DNA from: Pseudanabaena sp.
GTDB lineage: Bacteria > Cyanobacteriota > Cyanobacteriia > Pseudanabaenales > Pseudanabaenaceae
DNA length: 32,000 nt
Direction: 5' to 3'
Assembly (NCBI GenBank): GCA_044350865.1
Contig: JBILGV010000024.1
Location: 1-32,000 of the forward strand
A program made the translations under genes and the position numbers. The notes under the pieces were generated by a model that did not search any database, had not been told where the DNA came from, and was given only the letters and a program-made list of their open reading frames with translations. Below are positions 16,475 through 23,084 of this stretch, in pieces; the stretch's first letter is position 1, and each line of letters begins with the position of its first letter.

Positions 16475-17661
16475 GCAGGATTGCCTCCAAACTGGTTAGT
16501 AAACCAAAGCTCACCGAGAGAGCCATCATAGGCTTCGAGAGCTTTTTGAAAACGCACAGAATCTGTGGGTAAATTATGGACTTGGGTTTTACCTTCATTG
16601 TCAAGCTCTACAGCGCGAACTTGGTGCGGCTCGACATAATTTAGTAATACTGGTGAATGGGTTGTAATCAATACCTGAACTGGCTTACCTGTAATCCCTT
16701 CTGTGGAAACAAGTTTTAATAGCTCTATCATTTTATGTAATAACCAAGGATGCACACCATTTTCAATTTCTTCAAAGCAAATAATACTTGGAGTATCTTC
16801 TTGGTATAACGCTGTTAGAAAAGCTAAAATTCTTAATGTCCCATCAGATATATCAGAAGCAGGAATAGGCGTTTCCGAATATTTATCAATTAACTGCAAT
16901 GAAAAAGTTTGATCTTTACCACGCAGTAATGAGATTCTTTGAATATTAGGAACTAGTAATCTTAGACGTTCTTCTAACTCATCAAAACTTTTACGATTAC
17001 TAAATAAAATGTCGGCTAAAGCATAAGAAATCCCCTCTCCTGTTCTTTCCATGTTGCTAAATGATTGCACTTCGTCAGACAAACTTAACGGTGCGAAATC
17101 ATAAATACAAATCTTACGCAGGGCGCTAGCTATGGGAGAAGATTGATAATTATTAGAAACCAAAAATGTTCTTAAGGGTTCTGTCCATTTATCTGAACAA
17201 CGAATGTCAACGGCTATATTGTCAGAACCAACTAGGGCATTTTGAAAAGTATCTATGCTAAAGCTTTGCTGATGATAGTTAAAACTTGCTACAAGTTCAG
17301 AAAATCTTGGTAAATCAATATTTTTTTCTAATGTCGTGCTGATCATAAAGCAAATATGATCTAGACTTCCATGCCAAAACTTAGACTCAATATTCCGTTG
17401 TTTTTTACTTATGCTTTCTAATGATTGAGAGAAAAAATCTTTGACTAGATTATTACTCGATATGTTTATCAGCCTTTGTAAACAATTAGAAAATACAAAT
17501 AGCGATTCACAAATATTTGATTTCCCAGAGCCATTTGGTCCTATGAAAACTGTTAGTGGTTGGAGATCGATTTCGGTATCAAAGAGGCTCTTATAGTGTT
17601 GAACTTTGAGTTTAGTTAACATCTGTTTGGTGGTTGAGGTCAAATATTGAATTAGAGTCAT
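16471..17661 (-). CDS. ABC/SMC-type AAA_21-like ATPase (partner of the DUF4276-like protein)
   Basis: Walker A GPNGSGKS (aa 41-48, nt 17518-17541), signature-like SDGTLR (272-277), Walker B IICFEE (293-298), NGVHP, and H-loop TTHSP (333-337). About 220 aa is inserted between Walker A and the signature, as in RecF/OLD/AriA-type ATPases. The ATG lies 8 nt after the cobS stop. Confidence 0.8.
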   Translation of the reverse strand: MTLIQYLTSTTKQMLTKLKVQHYKSLFDTEIDLQPLTVFIGPNGSGKSNICESLFVFSNCLQRLINISSNNLVKDFFSQSLESISKKQRNIESKFWHGSLDHICFMISTTLEKNIDLPRFSELVASFNYHQQSFSIDTFQNALVGSDNIAVDIRCSDKWTEPLRTFLVSNNYQSSPIASALRKICIYDFAPLSLSDEVQSFSNMERTGEGISYALADILFSNRKSFDELEERLRLLVPNIQRISLLRGKDQTFSLQLIDKYSETPIPASDISDGTLRILAFLTALYQEDTPSIICFEEIENGVHPWLLHKMIELLKLVSTEGITGKPVQVLITTHSPVLLNYVEPHQVRAVELDNEGKTQVHNLPTDSVRFQKALEAYDGSLGELWFTNQFGGNPA

Positions 17662-17667
17662 ACTTTA

Positions 17668-17713
17668 TTTTACAGGTAAGCGATCGCACATAAACTTAGC
17701 GTCTCAGTCCATT
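17668..17713 (-). repeat. Direct repeat Y: the functional 3' end of cobS (proximal boundary of the cassette)
   Basis: Pairs with 15701-15746 (40/46 identical; 4 of the 6 differences are synonymous in the cobS frame). Confidence 0.85.
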
Positions 17714-18422
17714 CGACGATCGCCCCGTAAGTATCACCAGTCTGTCCACCAAGTTGACGGTTAAACCAAGCACCGATGAGCCATGCCAAGCTAAAACCAA
17801 TTACCGTTAAGCCAATCCCTAAATAAAGTGAGTTGTAAACATAGGCGATCGCCAAATTACCCATCGTTAACAAGATCGCCACTAGCCACACTTGCCAATG
17901 ATGCAAATCCTCTTGATGAAATTTGCCCTTACCGATCGCCTTGAGATAGGGATAAGCCATAATTGCCCGTAACTGTCCCCACCTTGCCCATGCCCAAACG
18001 CTAGTCAAAATCCAAAAACGATGATCTTTAATCGCAGCGAGAGCGACAACTTTTAATAACAAAATCACAATTCCTGCGATCGCCCCGAAAGCACCTGTAT
18101 TACTATCCGCCATCACCTCAAGGCGGCGATTCGGATCGGTGACAGCCAGACCATCGGCGGTATCCATTGCCCCATCAAGATGCAAACCACCTGTGATTAA
18201 TAAGCCTAATAAAATCGTGACGAGCGATCGCAGATAAATAAATTCTGATGCAGGTTTAATGAGTCCTAAAGCAAAGTCCAGAGAAGCGATCGCGCTACCG
18301 ATGAAAATACCGATCAAGGGAGCATAGAGAGCAATTCCTCGAAAATCTAATGTTCCTTGAGGGCGCAGAGGCAAACAAGTATAAAAAATTAGTGCTGCTT
18401 GAAATTTTCGCCAATGATACAT
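17670..18422 (-). CDS. cobS: Adenosylcobinamide-GDP ribazoletransferase (cobalamin synthase)
   Basis: FYTCLPL near the N-terminus, GGLHLDGAMDTADGL, and a polytopic membrane profile of 250 aa are typical CobS features. Confidence 0.9.
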   Translation of the reverse strand: MYHWRKFQAALIFYTCLPLRPQGTLDFRGIALYAPLIGIFIGSAIASLDFALGLIKPASEFIYLRSLVTILLGLLITGGLHLDGAMDTADGLAVTDPNRRLEVMADSNTGAFGAIAGIVILLLKVVALAAIKDHRFWILTSVWAWARWGQLRAIMAYPYLKAIGKGKFHQEDLHHWQVWLVAILLTMGNLAIAYVYNSLYLGIGLTVIGFSLAWLIGAWFNRQLGGQTGDTYGAIVEWTETLSLCAIAYL

Positions 18423-18519
18423 TTAAGTAGAGAGAATAAAGCACTATTTTCACTTTATTATGTGTTCAAATGACCATAGGATAGAGCATTGATGCTGATA
18501 TTAAAATGCTTTGTAGACT

Positions 18520-19806
18520 ATGGGAAATCAACGACCGATCGCTGTGGATTTATTTGCAGGTGTTGGGGGAATGACATTGGGGTTTGAACAAGCAGGGTTT
18601 GATGTACTTGCCTCTGTGGAGATTGACCCCATTCATTGTGCTACCCATGAATATAATTTTCCAATGTGGAAGGTGATTTGTGCCAGTGTTACAGACATAT
18701 CAGGCAAAGAGATTCGTAAAAAATCACAAATAGGCGATCGCGAAGTTGATGTCGTTTTTGGGGGACCACCTTGCCAAGGTTTTTCGCTAATGGGGAAACG
18801 CGCCTTTGACGATCCACGCAATCAATTGGTATCGCATTTTATGCGTTTGGTCAAAGAACTCAACGCTAAGTATTTTGTGATGGAAAATGTCAAAGGTTTA
18901 ACAATCGGCAATCATCGACAATTTTTAGATGAAGTGATTGAGAATTTTAAAGAAAAGGGCTATGACATTCTCAGCCCTTACGAAATTCTTGATGCTTCTT
19001 ATTTTGGTGTCCCTCAACATCGCGAAAGATTATTTTTGATCGGGTGTCGTCAAGGTTTATCGCTTCCCAGTTATCCATTACCAATTACCAAACCAGCCAA
19101 AGCCAAACGTATTGACAAGAAGTTTTCTAATTTATCTGATAGTCCAACTGTGAAAGATGCAATTTCGGACTTGCCAGATATTTCTCAATATCATGAGTTG
19201 ATGAGTCTAGATTATTGTTTGACAGAGCTAGGAAATCCTAGTAAATATGTAGAACTAATTAATAGTTTTACTTCGTCTAATTTTGGTTATAAGCGAAAAT
19301 ATACTAAAGATATCCTTACATCTAGTCTTAGAACGAAACATAAAGACTCATCAATTAAGCGTTTTAAGGAAACATCTCAAGGACAAGTAGAAACCATTAG
19401 TAGATTCTACAAGTTGGATTTAGATGGAATTAGCAATACACTTAGAGCAGGTACACCTAGTAATAGAGGTGCTTTTACATCTCCTCGTCCCATACATCCT
19501 ACTATTCCAAGATGTATTACAGTTAGGGAGGCTGCAAGATTACACAGCTATCCTGATTGGTTTCGTTTTCATAAAACAATCTGGCATGGATTTCGGCAAA
19601 TTGGCAATTCAGTCCCTCCTTTGCTTGCTAGATCCGTAGCTGCTGAAATTATTAGAGGTCTTGACGTAAAACCTTTTATTTCGCGTAAGTTAATTAAATT
19701 GGGAGAAGAGAATTTATTAACCATGAATATGACCGAAGCTGCACAACGGTTTGGAGTTAGTCCAAAAGTTATTGAGCCGAGGCGTAGAAGCACTTTAGGC
19801 GACTAA
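18520..19806 (+). CDS. dcm: DNA (cytosine-5)-methyltransferase
   Basis: Motif I DLFAGVGG, motif IV GGPPCQGFS, motif VI ENV, motif VIII QHRERLF, and motif X GNSVPP, with a variable target-recognition region between VIII and IX. Confidence 0.92.
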   Translation: MGNQRPIAVDLFAGVGGMTLGFEQAGFDVLASVEIDPIHCATHEYNFPMWKVICASVTDISGKEIRKKSQIGDREVDVVFGGPPCQGFSLMGKRAFDDPRNQLVSHFMRLVKELNAKYFVMENVKGLTIGNHRQFLDEVIENFKEKGYDILSPYEILDASYFGVPQHRERLFLIGCRQGLSLPSYPLPITKPAKAKRIDKKFSNLSDSPTVKDAISDLPDISQYHELMSLDYCLTELGNPSKYVELINSFTSSNFGYKRKYTKDILTSSLRTKHKDSSIKRFKETSQGQVETISRFYKLDLDGISNTLRAGTPSNRGAFTSPRPIHPTIPRCITVREAARLHSYPDWFRFHKTIWHGFRQIGNSVPPLLARSVAAEIIRGLDVKPFISRKLIKLGEENLLTMNMTEAAQRFGVSPKVIEPRRRSTLGD

Positions 19807-20255
19807 AAATAAATATCTTCCTTATCCCAAAAGTGAGTAATTGAACGTGGCAATTGAGATGTAATGACTTTTATACCTGAATTTATAAGGTCAGAGTTGA
19901 GAATACGAATAATTTCTCGAACTCCTGCGGCTATTAGCTTACAGTCTCTGGCATTTATATCAGCACTAGTTTTATCCTTGCCATCGATTTCAATTGCTAC
20001 TATTTCTTTACCAGTCCAAAACAGAAAATCAACTTTGATCATTGTGTTAGGTGTACCATCAAAATCAGCAAATGGATCTGATAAGTAAAGATGAGCTTGT
20101 GGTATCGGCAATATAAAATCTGCCCAATGAAGCAATGGATTGGATACATATGGATTGGATGCATTTTGACGATTGATCATACTTTTACAATGCTCAAAAT
20201 ATAGATCAAGAAAACCCTTTTCATACTCACTTTGTAATTCTGAATTTTCTCTCAA
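19803..20255 (-). CDS. Small PD-(D/E)XK nuclease, DUF559/Vsr-like (candidate mismatch or restriction endonuclease partner of the m5C methyltransferase)
   Basis: KVDFLFWTGKEIVAIEIDGKDK...ARDCKLIAAGVREIIRILNSDL matches the D-F...hhhE-h-D-G...RD..L...G..hhR pattern of DUF559-type endonucleases. Its stop codon overlaps the dcm stop codon (convergent, 4-nt overlap). The start is uncertain: TTG at 20255, first ATG at 20180. Confidence 0.55.
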   Translation of the reverse strand: MRENSELQSEYEKGFLDLYFEHCKSMINRQNASNPYVSNPLLHWADFILPIPQAHLYLSDPFADFDGTPNTMIKVDFLFWTGKEIVAIEIDGKDKTSADINARDCKLIAAGVREIIRILNSDLINSGIKVITSQLPRSITHFWDKEDIYF

Positions 20256-20276
20256 ATATTTTCCAATGACAGATAA

Positions 20277-20759
20277 GGAGCCGAAGCCCCCGACTGGTTC
20301 TATGTGCCTAATGTCTCACCACTTCTAGATGGAGAATATCGGCGTTCCTACGTTTTGTGGAAAGAATTTGTCGCGCCTTTAATAGCGATCGAGTTTGTAT
20401 CTGGCAGTGGCAAAGAAGAAGGAGATGCCACGCCGCCTAGTGAGTCCGAAAAGGCAAGTAAATTCTGGGTGTATGAACAAGCAATTCGTATTCCTTTTTA
20501 TGCCATTTTTGATACATGGAAAGATAGCCTTGAACTATATCACTTAATTGACGGTCGCTATACCAAGATGCAGCCTAACGATCACGGTCATTACTCTATT
20601 CCGCCGATGGGTGTGGAATTGGGATTGAAATTTGAGAATGGTGTGGCTTGGTTACGCTGGTGGGATGATGCGGGAAATTTGTTGCTGACTGATGACGAGA
20701 GGGCGGAGAAATTGGCTAATTATTTGCGATCGCTGGGCATTAATCCTGATGAAATTTGA
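20277..20759 (+). pseudogene. Uma2-family endonuclease, 5'-truncated
   Basis: The in-frame open region starts just after a stop at 20274-20276 and reads GAEAPDWFYVPNVSPLLDGEYRRSYVLWKE...IAIEFVSGS...FYAIFD...ERAEKLANYLRSLGINPDEI. This corresponds to the middle and C-terminal parts of long-form cyanobacterial Uma2 proteins. The usual N-terminal segment (I estimate 60-100 aa) is absent, and only a GTG (20304) is available as a start. Confidence 0.6.
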
Positions 20760-20850
20760 TCGGGCGATCGCGCTCAGATCATCCAGTTAAAAAAATTCAA
20801 GCTAGATTGGTTAAGATAGAGAAAATATTTTTATATAAAAACTTTAGAGC

Positions 20851-22128
20851 ATGATAAAACAGCGCCGTATTTGGTCTTGGCTCACAATTGGATTATTAAT
20901 TGGTGTAATAGCGATCGCTCTTCAGTTTTTTGGGGTTAGTGGTGCAAATGCGGCGATTACCGACTATTTGCAAGAACAAAAATTTCTGACTAATGTTTGG
21001 CAAATCGTTAACCGTTCCTATGTAGATGCTGATTTTAATCATCAGAATTGGTACAAAGTGCGCCGCAAATTTGTCAATCGCAAATTTAATAGCCGCGAAG
21101 AAACTTATACCGCGATTCGGGAAATGTTAGCGACTCTGGATGATCCGTTTACGCGATTTCTGGAGCCAGACAAGTTTAAAAGTATGCAAACTAGCACTTC
21201 AGGGGAATTAACGGGCGTAGGACTACAAATCGCTGTCGATGAAACGAACAATGTCACCGTAATTGCACCGATCGAAGGTTCGCCTGCGGATATGGCAGGA
21301 GTGCGATCGCGTGATCGCATCGTTGGCATTGATAATATTCCGACAAAGGGATTAACCCTTGATGAATGTGCGACCAGAATGCGTGGCAAAATTGGTTCGG
21401 AGGTCAAGTTAACTCTGGAGCGACCTCTCGCCGATGGTAAAGGTTTTGAGAATCTGGATGTATTGCTAAAACGCGATCGCATTGCGGTCACACCGATTAT
21501 GGCAAAGCTCAATCAAGAGGCAAATCATAAAGTCGGCTATATCCGTTTAAATCAATTCAATGGCAATGCAGCGATCGACATGCAAAAAACACTGCAAAAG
21601 TTTGAAGCAGAAGGTGCAGATCGCTATGTTCTTGATTTACGCGGCAATCCTGGGGGGCTATTTGATGCGGGGTTACAGATTGCGCGGATGTGGATTCCAG
21701 ATGGAACTGTCGTGTATACCGTTGATCGTCATGGTGTACAGGAGAGCTTTGAAGCTAAAGGTGATGCGATTACCAATGATCCTCTAGTTGTTCTGACCGA
21801 TGGAGGTTCGGCTAGCGCTAGTGAGATTCTCGCAGGGGCTTTGCAAGAGAACGATCGCGCTCAGTTAGTTGGTACAAAAACTTTTGGCAAGGGTTTAATT
21901 CAATCTCTGTACGAATTGGAAGATGGGGCAGGATTAGCCGTTACGATCGCTAAATATGAAACGCCATTACATCACAATATTCATAAGCGGGGAATTATCC
22001 CTAATGTAGAAGTTGTTCTTACGGAGCCAATTACGCGCAAACAACTCGGCACAAACGAAGATCCGCAATATGTAGCAGCCCTATCGGTTTTGGATGGAAC
22101 TTACAAGAATACACTTGCAAAATCATAA
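20851..22128 (+). CDS. ctpA: Carboxyl-terminal processing protease (peptidase S41)
   Basis: N-terminal TM segment, PDZ region (GVGLQI...VIAPIEGSPADMAGV), LDLRGNPGG, catalytic GGSASASEI and TFGKG. Confidence 0.9.
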   Translation: MIKQRRIWSWLTIGLLIGVIAIALQFFGVSGANAAITDYLQEQKFLTNVWQIVNRSYVDADFNHQNWYKVRRKFVNRKFNSREETYTAIREMLATLDDPFTRFLEPDKFKSMQTSTSGELTGVGLQIAVDETNNVTVIAPIEGSPADMAGVRSRDRIVGIDNIPTKGLTLDECATRMRGKIGSEVKLTLERPLADGKGFENLDVLLKRDRIAVTPIMAKLNQEANHKVGYIRLNQFNGNAAIDMQKTLQKFEAEGADRYVLDLRGNPGGLFDAGLQIARMWIPDGTVVYTVDRHGVQESFEAKGDAITNDPLVVLTDGGSASASEILAGALQENDRAQLVGTKTFGKGLIQSLYELEDGAGLAVTIAKYETPLHHNIHKRGIIPNVEVVLTEPITRKQLGTNEDPQYVAALSVLDGTYKNTLAKS

Positions 22129-22170
22129 CCATAGGATTTACGCAAAATCACTTTGCAGCCGTTATTTCAG

Positions 22171-22200
22171 GATAGTGGCAATTCATGAATTGCCACTATC
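22171..22200. terminator. Perfect 30-nt palindrome between convergent ctpA and the TrmH-family gene; second copy of the palindromic element
   Basis: GATAGTGGCAATTCATGAATTGCCACTATC is its own reverse complement. It shares the 18-nt core with 4788-4817 and overlaps the stop codon at 22196-22198. Confidence 0.6.
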
Positions 22201-22996
22201 CCTTTGGGACTAATGCTCTTTGGCGTTTAGCTTCATACAGCAACAAAGCCGCACAAATAGATACATTTAATGACTCAACCCGATCGCTTTGAGGAATTGA
22301 TACTACCTCATCAGCAAGTTCTATTAATTCTTCGGATAATCCGTTCCCCTCATTTCCCAATAAAATTAAAGTTGGCTGAGTGAAATCATAATCCCAATAG
22401 GTTTTCTCGGCGCTTGCCACTGTGGCGATCGCCTTAACACCTTGAGATTGCAATTTACGAATATCATCAGCAATTTGATTGGAGGTTTGCATCGCGCAGC
22501 GAAACCACTGCCCTGCGGTGGCACGAATAATTTTGGGATTGGTTAAATCGACACAATCACTACTGACTAAAATGCCATCAATTTCAACCGCAACTGATGA
22601 TCGCACGATCGCTCCAATATTTCCAGGGTCTTGAATTGTCTCTAATGCTAAACCCAATGTCTGAATATTCGCTATTTGCTGCGATGGTAATGGCGCAGCC
22701 GCGATCGCCCCATCAGGATTTTTGGTAGTTGCAATCCACAGAAGTACTTCTTCAGAAACTATTTCTAAACGTTCGATTTTATCCGTAGCTGTTTCAATTT
22801 GTTCATATAGTTCTGGATTAGCGGCGATCCACTTTTCAGTACAGCAAACTATGGAGAGGGGGTAAGCACAGGCGATCGCTTCTGTAATGGCATGGGTTCC
22901 TTCTATTAAAAAAAGTCCCTCCTCCCTACGATTTTTTGCACTTTCGCCAAGCGATCGTAATTGTTTGACTAATAGATTTTTGGTACTGGTAAGCAA
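22196..22996 (-). CDS. TrmH/SpoU-family RNA 2'-O-methyltransferase
   Basis: N-terminal NLLVKQLRSL...FLIEGTH, and the C-terminal SPOUT motifs LLGNEGNGLS and IPQSDRVESLNVSICAALLLYE. TTG is the only available start. Confidence 0.85.
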   Translation of the reverse strand: MLTSTKNLLVKQLRSLGESAKNRREEGLFLIEGTHAITEAIACAYPLSIVCCTEKWIAANPELYEQIETATDKIERLEIVSEEVLLWIATTKNPDGAIAAAPLPSQQIANIQTLGLALETIQDPGNIGAIVRSSVAVEIDGILVSSDCVDLTNPKIIRATAGQWFRCAMQTSNQIADDIRKLQSQGVKAIATVASAEKTYWDYDFTQPTLILLGNEGNGLSEELIELADEVVSIPQSDRVESLNVSICAALLLYEAKRQRALVPKG

Positions 22997-23025
22997 TGGC
23001 TAACTCCTGCGAAATCAAAACAAAA

Positions 23026-23068
23026 GAAAAGTTCAAAATTACCGCAAAGCAGCACTTTTGAACTTTTC
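23026..23068 (-). terminator. Probable intrinsic terminator after rpsA
   Basis: GAAAAGTTCAAAA (23026-23038) pairs with TTTTGAACTTTTC (23056-23068). On the minus strand it is followed by TTTTGTTTTG. Confidence 0.5.
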
Positions 23069-23084
23069 CTTGGACTATAAAAAT

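Noticed and set aside
18423-18519. Possible cobalamin riboswitch upstream of cobS
   Set aside because: Only 97 nt is available, and I find no B12-box-like GCCACTG core or the extended conserved helices.
18423-20303. Searched for flanking direct repeats around the methyltransferase/nuclease pair, analogous to those at cobS and the Type ISP gene
   Set aside because: Only weak AT-rich similarity was seen (for example GTAGAGAGAATAAA versus GATAGAGAAAATAT). This is not convincing, so no insertion footprint is claimed for this module.
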